From contig JBIISI010000001.1 in NCBI GenBank assembly GCA_044341105.1, positions 1 to 57,549 of the forward strand: 57,549 bases of DNA, read 5' to 3'. Every line of letters starts with the position of its first letter. Within the stretch, counting starts at the first letter, position 1. The notes beneath the pieces were generated by a model that ran no database searches, was not told the origin of the DNA, and saw only the letters and a list, made by a program, of their open reading frames with translations. Origin of the DNA: Rickettsiales bacterium. Its GTDB lineage: Bacteria; Pseudomonadota; Alphaproteobacteria; Rickettsiales; UBA3002. The position numbers and the translations under genes were made by a program. This document shows positions 1-8,533 of the stretch, piece by piece.

Positions 1-197
1 AGTGCCTGCCCGAGTTTTTCCTTGTGCGCTTTGACTTGCGGAATGTCTTTGATGTCTTCAAGGAATTCGCGGTGAATGGTGGCGACCGCCGCGATCGAGG
101 CGCTGGTCAGCCCTGCGGCTGCGGCTGCACCATAGGCCATTGCCGGGCTGTGGAGCCCGGGCACGGCAGGTGCGGATTGCATGTCGCTTTTGGTCAT
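1..197 (-). CDS. Hypothetical protein, 5' part only (gene runs off the left edge)
   Basis: ATG at 195-197 on the minus strand. Open frame to position 1 (MTKSDMQSAPAVPGLHSPAMAYGAAAAAGLTSASIAAVATIHREFLEDIKDIPQVKAHKEKLGQA...). G/C-rich third codon positions like neighbouring genes. No clear RBS and no family recognised. Confidence 0.4.
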   Translation of the reverse strand, partial: MTKSDMQSAPAVPGLHSPAMAYGAAAAAGLTSASIAAVATIHREFLEDIKDIPQVKAHKEKLGQA

Positions 198-253
198 AAA
201 CAGCATCACTCTAGCGGGCGATCATGACAGTTTGATGACAAATCTTTAAAAAC

Positions 254-1585
254 TTATGCAGCTTCAGAAAGCGGCTCGGCCCAGCCGGCGAGATCGGCCA
301 ATGCGCGGGCGGTATAAGCGTTCGGGCGCTGGTCTTTTTTGACGCGGCCTTCGAGCGGCACGAACAGCCCGAAATTCACGTTCATGGGTTGGAAGGTGGC
401 GGCGTTGGCTTCGCCGGTCACGTGGGCGAGCAGGCTGCCGAGCGCGGTGGTGCGCGGCGGCGGCGCACTCGGCAGGCCAAGCAACTCCTCGGCGGCGAAA
501 CGCCCGGCGAGCAGGCCGCAGGCCGCCGACTCGACATAGCCCTCGACCCCGGTGATTTGCCCGGCAAAGCGCAGATGCGGCGCCGATTTTAGGCGCAACT
601 GGCCATCGAGCAGGGTGGGCGAGTTGATGAAGGTATTGCGGTGAATGCCGCCCAGCCGCGCGAATTCGGCGTTTTCCAGCCCCGGAATGCTACGCAGTAC
701 CTGCTGTTGCGGGCCGTATTTCATTTTGGTCTGGAAACCGACAATGTTCCACAGCGTGCCCAGCTTGTTATCCTGCCGCAACTGCACGATGGCATAGGCC
801 TTCTCGGTGGGGTTGTGCGGGTTGGTGAGGCCGACCGGCTTCATGGGGCCAAAGCGCAGCGTTTCCGTCCCGCGCGAGGCCATCACCTCGATCGGCAGGC
901 AGCCTTCGAAATAGGGGGTGTTTTTTTCCCAGTCCTTGAAATCGGTCTTTTCGCTTTCCAGCAGCGCGGCGATGAAGGCTTCGTACTGGGCCTTGTCCAT
1001 GGGGCAGTTGATGTAGTCTTTACCGTCGCCCTTGTCGTAGCGCGACTGGAACCAGGCTTTGCCCATGTCGATGGAATCGAAATGCACGATGGGGGCGATG
1101 GCGTCGAAAAAAGCGAGGTATTCGGCGCCGGTGTGGCGCAAAATCGCGTCCGACAGGGCGGGCGAGGTGAGCGGGCCGGTGGCGACGATGGTCATGCCCT
1201 CGGCGGGCAGCTCGGTGATTTCCTCGCGCACGAAGGTGATGTTCGGGTGGGCTTCGAGCGCCTCGGTCACGGCGCGGGCATAGCCCTCGCGGTCGACTGC
1301 CAGCGCGCCACCGGCAGGCACTTTATGCGCATCGGCGCAGCGCATGATGAGGCTGCCGCTGCGGCGCATTTCTTCGTGGATCAGCCCCACGGCGTTGCGT
1401 GCATGGTCGTCGGAGCGGAAGGAATTCGAGCAGACCAGCTCGGCGCAATCGCTGGTCTGGTGGGCCTCGGTGGGCTTCACGCCGCGCATTTCGTGGATGA
1501 TGACATGCACGCCGCGCTGCGCCGCCTGCCAGGCCGCTTCCGAACCGGCAAGGCCGGAACCAATGATGTGGAGTGTTTTTGTCAT
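254..1585 (-). CDS. trmFO: Methylenetetrahydrofolate--tRNA-(uracil-5-)-methyltransferase TrmFO (Gid)
   Basis: 443 aa. N-terminal FAD dinucleotide fold [16 protein letters not shown], then [16 protein letters not shown] and overall TrmFO-like sequence and length. Confidence 0.93.
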   Translation of the reverse strand: MTKTLHIIGSGLAGSEAAWQAAQRGVHVIIHEMRGVKPTEAHQTSDCAELVCSNSFRSDDHARNAVGLIHEEMRRSGSLIMRCADAHKVPAGGALAVDREGYARAVTEALEAHPNITFVREEITELPAEGMTIVATGPLTSPALSDAILRHTGAEYLAFFDAIAPIVHFDSIDMGKAWFQSRYDKGDGKDYINCPMDKAQYEAFIAALLESEKTDFKDWEKNTPYFEGCLPIEVMASRGTETLRFGPMKPVGLTNPHNPTEKAYAIVQLRQDNKLGTLWNIVGFQTKMKYGPQQQVLRSIPGLENAEFARLGGIHRNTFINSPTLLDGQLRLKSAPHLRFAGQITGVEGYVESAACGLLAGRFAAEELLGLPSAPPPRTTALGSLLAHVTGEANAATFQPMNVNFGLFVPLEGRVKKDQRPNAYTARALADLAGWAEPLSEAA

Positions 1586-1670
1586 CGAATCTTAACGAAT
1601 TGTGGAGTAAGCGTGAGGTAAGGTGAGTGCCTGTTAACAAAAAACACGAAAATGGCGAGTTAAAAATTCT

Positions 1671-2216
1671 ATGAATATGCATTCCACAATCATGGATGAT
1701 GGCGAAGAACGCAAGGATCCGAGATGGGCGCAATGGCAAGAGATTGCTCGCCAGTCCAAAAATATCGCAAGCGGCATGCGTAGCCATTACCACGTGCAGG
1801 TGAACGAAGTCATGCTGGACCAAGCAAAAAAACTTAATATCCCGCGTTCGGATATGGAGGCGGCGATTGACCACTTGATGATGCAAGCGGTTGGTAAAAT
1901 GAGTGAAGACCAAGTGAAAGACGCATTGGAGCCTCATCTCAATTATAATCTTACATTGACCGATAACGCGTATCGTCACATGCGGTTTGTGTATGCGGTA
2001 AACCAGTATCTGGCGGCGTATTCCGGCAAACGCCTGAAAATGGATGAACTTGGTATAGAAACGCCCACCATCGAATACGCGGAGGCGTTAGTGCGCACGG
2101 AACTCGCGCATTGCGGCTACGGAAAAAAGGCAATCCATGAAATGGAAAAACGCCTTGCCAAGGGGTGCGAGCTTGCCTGCGATAAGGTGTTGGGCAGTAG
2201 CCCGCAGATGGGTTGA
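1671..2216 (+). CDS. Hypothetical protein (181 aa), no family recognised
   Basis: ATG-initiated ORF in a visibly AT-richer stretch. No TM segment or signal peptide. Stop TGA at 2214-2216 abuts the next ORF. No obvious SD. Confidence 0.55.
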   Translation: MNMHSTIMDDGEERKDPRWAQWQEIARQSKNIASGMRSHYHVQVNEVMLDQAKKLNIPRSDMEAAIDHLMMQAVGKMSEDQVKDALEPHLNYNLTLTDNAYRHMRFVYAVNQYLAAYSGKRLKMDELGIETPTIEYAEALVRTELAHCGYGKKAIHEMEKRLAKGCELACDKVLGSSPQMG

Positions 2217-2221
2217 AAACC

Positions 2222-2731
2222 ATGGCGCTTGGGGCTCGCTTTAGTTTTGAGGAACTGGTGGACGATGCGAAGCAGATGCTGTTCACTGGCCGCATGCGCG
2301 CATGGAAGGAAAGCGCCGATGCCTATGCGCTGCAATATGGCGTGACGCCGGACGAGGTGGAAGCGATTGGCGAGCGCCATCTGGGCGCGGGCACCGAGGG
2401 CTGGGCGGCGCGTTGCGTAAACGAGCTGGCGTGGACAATGGGCGGCGATAAAGAAGCGGCCTCGACGCTTTTTCAGCTTTATCGCGTGGATCGCGCCGCA
2501 CGCCAGCTTGCGGTGGACTGGCGCGATATCAAATTGGTCCACGAGAAAAAACTGCCCGCGACGCAATTAAGCGATATGGAAAAAAAGGTCGTTCGGGATT
2601 ACCGTGCGTTGGTGCATGAAGTGACCATCGCTAGCGGCGATGCACCGCAGTATGCGCAGTTTCTGGTGAATGCCTATCAGCAGAACCTGCGCCAGCACAT
2701 GCAACTGGAATCGCGCATTAGCCGGTCGTGA
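2222..2731 (+). CDS. Hypothetical protein (about 169 aa), no family recognised
   Basis: The track ORF starts at TTG 2213, overlapping the upstream stop. The first ATG is at 2222 in the same frame. Soluble, charged protein. Same strand as the 1671 ORF and nearly contiguous with it. Confidence 0.55.
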   Translation: MALGARFSFEELVDDAKQMLFTGRMRAWKESADAYALQYGVTPDEVEAIGERHLGAGTEGWAARCVNELAWTMGGDKEAASTLFQLYRVDRAARQLAVDWRDIKLVHEKKLPATQLSDMEKKVVRDYRALVHEVTIASGDAPQYAQFLVNAYQQNLRQHMQLESRISRS

Positions 2732-2744
2732 TCTGCGTGCGTCG

Positions 2745-3584
2745 CTACGGGGGTAAAAGCTGCAGAAGGCGCGCATCGCCCAGCGCGCAGGCGGTGCTAT
2801 AGTTGCTGAGGGTAACGGGGCCGTTATAACCCAGCACCACACCGCCCGCTCCCTCGATGATGGGCACCAGTGCGAGGATATCGTAGGGTTTCAAGCCCGC
2901 ATCCAGCACCAGATCGCGCTCGCCTCGGGCTAACATGCCATACGCATAGCAATCGCCATTCTCGTATTCCTGCCCGCAGCGGCTGGCGATGCGCTGGTAA
3001 TGCGCGGCCTGCTCGGGCGTGAAATAGGGTTTCGAGGTGGTGGAAATGCTGGCCGCGCTCAACGTGTCGCAGGCGCGGGTTCGGATGATGGCGCCATTCA
3101 GCGTGCTGGGCTGGCCATGTGCGCCCACCCAACGCTCGCCGGTCACCGGTTGGTTGAGAATGCCGAGGATGGGAATGCCGTCTTCGCACAGGGCAACCAG
3201 CGTGCCCCATTCGGTCAAACCGGCGATGAACGCGCGCGTGCCGTCGATGGGATCGAGCACCCAGATATAGTTGTTTTTTGAAGGGGGGCTTACCCCCCCT
3301 TCGCCTTCGGCTGACCCCTGCCGCTTCGCGGCTCGCGCAGCTTCGGCGCTACGCATCGTATCCATGTTGCTTTGGCCGAATTCTTCGCCGTAGATGCCGT
3401 GGTCGGGATAGGTCGCTTCGATAAGGGCGCGCATGGCGGCTTCGGCGGCTATGTCGGCGGCGGTGACGGGCGATGCGTCGCCTTTGGTTTCGACCGCGCC
3501 GTGCTGGCCGATATACGGGGCAATGGCCTCGGCCGCGGCGTCGGCGAGCTGGTGGGCGAAGGCGATGTAATCGTTAATTGGCAA
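2745..3584 (-). CDS. Inositol monophosphatase family protein (possibly histidinol-phosphatase HisN type) carrying an internal insertion
   Basis: IMPase motifs [35 protein letters not shown] and a C-terminal GGAGG-like region. About 27 extra residues lie between GEEFG and WVLDPIDGT. Confidence 0.85.
   Translation of the reverse strand: MPINDYIAFAHQLADAAAEAIAPYIGQHGAVETKGDASPVTAADIAAEAAMRALIEATYPDHGIYGEEFGQSNMDTMRSAEAARAAKRQGSAEGEGGVSPPSKNNYIWVLDPIDGTRAFIAGLTEWGTLVALCEDGIPILGILNQPVTGERWVGAHGQPSTLNGAIIRTRACDTLSAASISTTSKPYFTPEQAAHYQRIASRCGQEYENGDCYAYGMLARGERDLVLDAGLKPYDILALVPIIEGAGGVVLGYNGPVTLSNYSTACALGDARLLQLLPP
3275..3365. repeat. Palindrome-rich, in-frame insertion inside the IMPase-family gene
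   Basis: GAAGGGGGG-CTTA-CCCCCCCTTC hairpin at 3280-3302 and a GCCGC-TTC-GCGGC hairpin around 3320-3332. GCTTCGCgGCTCGC at 3323-3336 resembles GCTTCGCtGCgCTCGC in the right arm of the repeat at 29974-29989. Encodes [29 protein letters not shown]. Confidence 0.45.
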
Positions 3585-4761
3585 AGCTTGGAATACCCGT
3601 GATGGCCCGGCCCAGAATCAGCGCGTGGATGTCGTGCGTGCCTTCGTAGGTGTTCACCGCTTCAAGGTTCGTCATGTGGCGCATGACGTGGTATTCGTCG
3701 GAGATGCCGTTGCCGCCCAGCATGTCGCGCGCGGTGCGGGCGATCTCCAGCGCCTTGCCGCAGCTGTTGCGCTTGATGAGCGAAATCATCTCCGGCGCGT
3801 ACTGGTCGTCGTCGATCAGGCGGCCAACGCGCAGCGCGGCATGCAGGCCGAGATTGATCTCGACCATCATGTCGGCGAGTTTTTTCTGGATGAGCTGGTT
3901 GGCGGCCAGCGGGCGTGCGAATTGCTGGCGGTTCAGCGTGTAGTCGCGGGCGATTTCAAAACAATGGGCGGCCGCCCCAAGCGCGCCCCACGCAATGCCG
4001 TAGCGCGCTTTGTTGAGGCAGGAGAAGGGGCCTTTCAGGCCCGAAACCTCGAGCGCGTGGTCGTCGGGCACGAACGCATTATCCAGCATGACCATGCCGG
4101 TGGTGCTGGCGCGCAGGGCCAGTTTTCCTTCGATTTTCGGCGTTTCCATGCCCTTGCCGCGTGGCACGATGAAGCCGCGAATGGTGCCATCGGCATGCGC
4201 GTCGTGGCCGTAAACCTTCGCCCAGACGATGGCGAGATCGGCAATCGGTGCGTTGGTGATCCATGTTTTTGAGCCGGTGAGCTGGTAGCCGCCCGCGACC
4301 TTCACGGCGCGGGTTTTCATGGATCCGGGGTCGGAGCCATGGTCGGGCTCGGTGAGGCCGAAACAGCCGACCAACTCGCCACTGGCGAGGCCGGGCAGGT
4401 ATTGTTCCTTCATTGCCTCGGAGGCGAACTGGTGGATGGGGTGCATGACCAGCGAGCTTTGCACCGACAGGGCCGAACGGTAGCCCGAATCGACCCATTC
4501 CACCTCGCGCGCGACCAGCCCGTAGGCCACATGGCTCACGCCCGCGCAGCCATAGCCGGTGATGGTGCTGCCAAGCAGCCCTTGCGCGCCCATGTCGCGC
4601 AGGATTTCGCGGTCGAAATGCTCCACGCGGTTGGCGTGGGTGATGCCGGGGGCGAGGCGGCCTTGCGCGAAATCGCGCGCGGCGTCGCGCACCATGCGCT
4701 CGTCGTCGGTGAGCAGCCCTTCAAGGTTCAGCGGGTCTTCCCAGTGCAGTTCTTTCAGCAT
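3574..4761 (-). CDS. gcdH: Glutaryl-CoA dehydrogenase (acyl-CoA dehydrogenase family)
   Basis: 395 aa with acyl-CoA dehydrogenase architecture. The N-terminus [25 protein letters not shown] and [17 protein letters not shown] are typical of GcdH. Confidence 0.9.
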   Translation of the reverse strand: MLKELHWEDPLNLEGLLTDDERMVRDAARDFAQGRLAPGITHANRVEHFDREILRDMGAQGLLGSTITGYGCAGVSHVAYGLVAREVEWVDSGYRSALSVQSSLVMHPIHQFASEAMKEQYLPGLASGELVGCFGLTEPDHGSDPGSMKTRAVKVAGGYQLTGSKTWITNAPIADLAIVWAKVYGHDAHADGTIRGFIVPRGKGMETPKIEGKLALRASTTGMVMLDNAFVPDDHALEVSGLKGPFSCLNKARYGIAWGALGAAAHCFEIARDYTLNRQQFARPLAANQLIQKKLADMMVEINLGLHAALRVGRLIDDDQYAPEMISLIKRNSCGKALEIARTARDMLGGNGISDEYHVMRHMTNLEAVNTYEGTHDIHALILGRAITGIPSFAN

Positions 4762-4805
4762 GGGGGGAGTTTAGCGAATTGGCCGGGCCATGTCATGTGC
4801 AGATA

Positions 4806-4834
4806 TGTCATCCCGGGATAAACCCGGGATGACA
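4806..4834. repeat. REP-like palindrome, family A (GTCATYCC...)
   Basis: Perfect 12-bp arms TGTCATCCCGGG / CCCGGGATGACA around the loop ATAAA. Intergenic, between the 80-aa ORF and gcdH. Confidence 0.8.
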
Positions 4835-4844
4835 GGAGAGGTTG

Positions 4845-5087
4845 TTAGACGACCAGGTTCAGGATCGAGCCGCGATCCCAGATGCGGCCCTGGCGGAGTG
4901 CGTCGAGCCCGCGGGCGATCAGGGCGCTCAGCGTATCGCCGTCGGGAATGAAATTGAGGCGGGCGCGGCTGGCGCGGGCGGGTGGGGCTTGCTGGGTAAT
5001 GGCGGCGCGGTCGATCGCGCCGGTGCTGCGCAATTGCTCGGCCGCGCGGATGAAGGGATTGCCAGAGGTGCTAACGTTGGTTGCCAT
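4845..5087 (-). CDS. Small hypothetical protein (80 aa)
   Basis: ATG preceded by AGGGA with a 6-nt spacer. Lies 25 nt downstream of the hydrolase gene on the same strand. C-terminus ...GLDALRQGRIWDRGSILNLVV. No family recognised. Confidence 0.5.
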   Translation of the reverse strand: MATNVSTSGNPFIRAAEQLRSTGAIDRAAITQQAPPARASRARLNFIPDGDTLSALIARGLDALRQGRIWDRGSILNLVV

Positions 5088-5112
5088 GGATAATCCCTAC
5101 CATAATCAGGCA

Positions 5113-6012
5113 CTAAAGGCCAGCCGGAATGATACTGGCGCGCCCCAGCCAGTTGGCGATGAGGCTGGTCTGGTCGGTGCTGGCGAGCGCCGGGGCGTGG
5201 CCCACACCGGCGATGGTCACGGCTTCGGCCTTGGGATTGGTGGCGCGCATGGCGCTCACCGTTTCGGCATCCAGGATATCGGATTCCGCGCCGCGCAGGA
5301 TGAGCACGGGAATGGCGATTTTTTCCCACAGCATGCTGAGGTTCACGTCGTCGACCTTGGTGAAATTATCGCTCGCCAGCGCCAGCGGGGTGGCAATGGC
5401 GGGGTCGCAGGCGAGGCGGATGGTGCCGCCTTCCTCGTGCAGGGAATGGTCGATGAAATGCGCCCACACCGCTTCGTCGGTGATGCCGAACGGTTTGAAG
5501 ATTTCTTTCAGGTAGGCGGTGGCGGCTGCGCGCGAGGGGAAGGATGTGGGCATGGCGCGCACATAATCGTAGATGCGTTGCAGCGCGGTTTTGCTGAGGA
5601 AGGTGCCGATATCGTTCAGCACCAGCTTGCGGATGCGGGTGGGGTGCCCGGCGGCGATCATCATGCCGATAATGCCGCCCATGCTGGTGCCCACCCAATC
5701 GACGCCGCGCAGGTGGAAATTATCCATGACCGCGAGGCAATCGGCGGCATAGCTCGCGTAGTTGTAATCGACCGGGTCGGCGAGCCAGGCGCTTTGCCCG
5801 CGTCCGGCCATGTCGAGCGCGAACACGCGCTTGCCGCGCGCGGCCAGTGCGATTGCCAGCGCGTCGAAATCGCGCGCGTTGCGGGTGAGGCCGTGCACGC
5901 AAAACACGATCTCCTCGGCGTTTTCATCGCCCCAGTCATAGAAGGCGAGGTCATGGGTGCCTTTGGGGCCCATGAAGTTTTTGACGGGAATGCGGTGGGT
6001 GCGCGGGGTCAT
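5113..6012 (-). CDS. Alpha/beta-fold hydrolase
   Basis: The track ORF is over-extended. The Met at 6012 gives MTPRTHRIPV... and a 4-nt ATGA overlap with the dadA stop. HGLTRNARDF and nucleophile elbow GTSMGG. Confidence 0.85.
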   Translation of the reverse strand: MTPRTHRIPVKNFMGPKGTHDLAFYDWGDENAEEIVFCVHGLTRNARDFDALAIALAARGKRVFALDMAGRGQSAWLADPVDYNYASYAADCLAVMDNFHLRGVDWVGTSMGGIIGMMIAAGHPTRIRKLVLNDIGTFLSKTALQRIYDYVRAMPTSFPSRAAATAYLKEIFKPFGITDEAVWAHFIDHSLHEEGGTIRLACDPAIATPLALASDNFTKVDDVNLSMLWEKIAIPVLILRGAESDILDAETVSAMRATNPKAEAVTIAGVGHAPALASTDQTSLIANWLGRASIIPAGL

Positions 6013-7271
6013 AGGCGAATGAGGTTGCGGCCAATTTCCAGCCCGGTGAGGGGAATTTCGCTCGGCGTGCCGTCGATCACATCGGCCAGCAGGCGGGCCG
6101 AGCCTGCGGCCTGTGTCCATCCCAGCGTGCCGTGGCCGGTGTTCATGTAGAGGTTGGAAAGCGGCGTTTTGCCGATCATGGGCGGGCCATCGGGCGTGCT
6201 CGGGCGCAGGCAGGCCCATTCATCGACCACGCTGAGATCGGCTTTGGGAAACAGCGCCTGCACCCCGCGAATAAGCGGCGCAATGCGCGCTTTGCGCACC
6301 GAATCGTTGTAGCCCGCGAATTCGGCGGTGCCGGCCACGCGCATGCGCTCGCCAAGGCGGGTGTAGACCTGTTTCAACGCGCTGTCGGTGACGCTCACGG
6401 TGGGCACGTATTCGTTCGCCGCGAAGGAGATGGAGTAGCCCTTCATGGGATAGATGGGCACATACAGCCCCACCTGCCGCAGGTAGATGGCGCTGGGTGC
6501 GCCCATGGCCATCACGTAGCTGTCGAAGCCGGAGAGGAATTCGCCGTTTTCCAGCTCGACATGCGAAATGGCGCTGCCTTGCTTGTGCACCTGCTTGATC
6601 GGCGCGTGGTAGCGGAATTGCACATTGTATTTTTCCACGCAATGTTTGGCGAGGTTCTGGCTGAACAGGTGGATGTCGCCCGATTCGTCGATCGGCGCGT
6701 GGATGGCGCCGACGATTTTTTTGCTGGTGTGGGCCAGCGCCGGTTCCATCAGCACCGCTTCGCGCGCGGTCATCACCGTTTCGGCGCAACCGAGCGTGTA
6801 TTGGAATTCGGCCTGTTTTTTCGCGCCGTCGAATTCCTTCGCATCGTCGAACAGATGGAGGATGCCTTTGCCGATATGGTGGAATTCGACCTTGGTGTCG
6901 TCCATCAGCTCGGCCATTTTCTTTTTGCTGTAGAGGCCAAGGCGCAGCATGACTTCGGAATGGCGACGGGCGCGGGCAGGGGTGCAGTTCATGAGGAACA
7001 GCAGGCCCCAACGGATCATGTGCGGGTCGGTGTTAAAGCGCAGCACCAGCGGCGCATCTTCCTGCCACATCCATTTGAACAATTTGGGGAAGACATGCGG
7101 GTTGGCCCACGGCTCGGAATGCGAATAGGAGAGCTGGCCGCCATTGGCGAAGGAACATTCGCGCGCTACCTCGCCGTTGCGCTCGATGACGGTGACCTCG
7201 TGGCCGCGCCGGGCCAGCTCGTATGCACTCGTGACTCCGAGAACCCCACCGCCCAATACGCAGATTTTCAT
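6009..7271 (-). CDS. dadA: D-amino acid dehydrogenase (FAD-dependent oxidoreductase)
   Basis: MKICVLGGGVLGVTSAYELARRGHEVTVIER Rossmann FAD motif. About 420 aa with DadA-like sequence throughout. ATG at 7271 has AGGGA 5 nt upstream. The alternative ATG at 7277 is also possible. Confidence 0.88.
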   Translation of the reverse strand: MKICVLGGGVLGVTSAYELARRGHEVTVIERNGEVARECSFANGGQLSYSHSEPWANPHVFPKLFKWMWQEDAPLVLRFNTDPHMIRWGLLFLMNCTPARARRHSEVMLRLGLYSKKKMAELMDDTKVEFHHIGKGILHLFDDAKEFDGAKKQAEFQYTLGCAETVMTAREAVLMEPALAHTSKKIVGAIHAPIDESGDIHLFSQNLAKHCVEKYNVQFRYHAPIKQVHKQGSAISHVELENGEFLSGFDSYVMAMGAPSAIYLRQVGLYVPIYPMKGYSISFAANEYVPTVSVTDSALKQVYTRLGERMRVAGTAEFAGYNDSVRKARIAPLIRGVQALFPKADLSVVDEWACLRPSTPDGPPMIGKTPLSNLYMNTGHGTLGWTQAAGSARLLADVIDGTPSEIPLTGLEIGRNLIRL

Positions 7272-7335
7272 AACCATCCCTGTTGAATCGTTCGCCCCCT
7301 ATAGCTAGTTAGTAGCAAGGGGTTTGACAACTGGG

Positions 7336-8037
7336 ATGCGGGCTGTGGATATCGAAAACATTGTGGTGCTGACCGGGGCGGGGATTTCCGCCGAATCCGG
7401 CCTCGCAACCTTTCGCGCCAGCGACGGGCTGTGGTGCGACCACCGCATCGAGGATGTGGCCACCCCCGAGGCCTATGCGCGCAACCCGGCGCTGGTGCAG
7501 GAATTTTATAACATGCGCCGCCGCCAGCTGGCCGACGTCGCACCCAACGCCGCGCACCATGCGCTGGCCAGGCTCGCGGCGCAATGGGAAGGGAATTTCA
7601 CGCTGGTGACGCAGAATGTCGATGATTTGCACGGGCGGGCGCTGGCCATGGTGCGGCCTGCTGCGGGATTTTCGCTGATCCACATGCATGGCGAGCTGAA
7701 AAAGTCGCGCTGCCACCTGAGCGACGAGGTCTATGAGTGCAATGAGGATTTGAGCGCCGAAGGCACGCGTCGCCCGCATATTGTGTGGTTCGGTGAAATG
7801 CCGCTTGCGATGCCGGTAATCGAGCGCGCGTTGCGGCAATGCGATCTGTTCGTCAGCATCGGCACCAGTGGCAATGTCTATCCCGCCGCCGGGTTTGTGG
7901 CACAGGCGGCTATGGCCGGGGCGCACACGCTGGAACTGAACCTTGAGCCCTCGCTCACGCGCACGCAGTTTGCAGTTGCGCGCCATGGCCGCGCCACCGA
8001 ACTGGTGCCCGCCTGGGTGGAGGAAATGCTAGGCTAA
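7336..8037 (+). CDS. cobB: NAD-dependent protein deacylase, Sir2 family (CobB-like)
   Basis: [31 protein letters not shown] and [16 protein letters not shown] are sirtuin core motifs. The track starts at TTG 7324; the first ATG is at 7336. Confidence 0.9.
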   Translation: MRAVDIENIVVLTGAGISAESGLATFRASDGLWCDHRIEDVATPEAYARNPALVQEFYNMRRRQLADVAPNAAHHALARLAAQWEGNFTLVTQNVDDLHGRALAMVRPAAGFSLIHMHGELKKSRCHLSDEVYECNEDLSAEGTRRPHIVWFGEMPLAMPVIERALRQCDLFVSIGTSGNVYPAAGFVAQAAMAGAHTLELNLEPSLTRTQFAVARHGRATELVPAWVEEMLG

Positions 8038-8523
8038 CTTCTGTGCCGCCTCGAGCGCGGCTTCGAGCGAGCCTTCGGGCTTCACGTTGCGCCATTGCTT
8101 CACCAGCACGCCCGCCTTGTCGATCAGGTAGGCGTTGCGCATGATGCCCATGTATTTTTTACCATACATGCTCTTTTCGCCCCACGCGCCGAACGCCTGG
8201 CACACGGCGGTGTCTGCGTCGCTCGCCATGATGTGCAGCAGGCCGAATTTGCTGCGGAACTTGCCGTGGCTTTTTGCGTCGTCTTTGCTGATGCCGATGA
8301 CGACCGTGTTGGCTTTATCGAATTCGGCTTTCAGGTCGCGCGCGGCGCAAGCCTGTTTGGTGCAGCCGGGCGTGTCGTCTTTGGGGTAGAAATACACCAC
8401 CACGTTTTTGCCGCGCAGGCTGGAGAGGGTGATGCTGCCATCGTCGGTCGGCAGGGTGAAATCCGGGGCGGCAGCGCCTTCGCGCAGGCTGGTGGTTTCG
8501 ATTTTTTCGGCGGCGCTGCTCAT
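8029..8523 (-). CDS. bcp: Thioredoxin-dependent thiol peroxidase (peroxiredoxin Bcp)
   Basis: [11 protein letters not shown]...[18 protein letters not shown] contains the PxxxTxxC peroxiredoxin motif. The ATG at 8523 is preceded by AAGGAGA. Confidence 0.9.
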   Translation of the reverse strand: MSSAAEKIETTSLREGAAAPDFTLPTDDGSITLSSLRGKNVVVYFYPKDDTPGCTKQACAARDLKAEFDKANTVVIGISKDDAKSHGKFRSKFGLLHIMASDADTAVCQAFGAWGEKSMYGKKYMGIMRNAYLIDKAGVLVKQWRNVKPEGSLEAALEAAQKLA

Positions 8524-8533
8524 TGGGATCTCC

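Noticed and set aside
24-227. A 67-aa plus-strand ORF at the left edge, and the many other 60-130-aa ORFs in the track nested within or opposite larger genes.
   Set aside because: They overlap better-supported genes, lack an RBS, and translate to Arg/Pro/Gly-rich strings typical of off-frame high-GC DNA.
7336-8037. The SIR2-domain protein as a possible anti-phage defence component (Thoeris, DSR or SIR2-HerA type).
   Set aside because: It is a compact stand-alone sirtuin of about 233 aa with the standard CobB catalytic core. It has no fused or neighbouring effector, sensor or helicase genes, and its neighbours are dadA and bcp.
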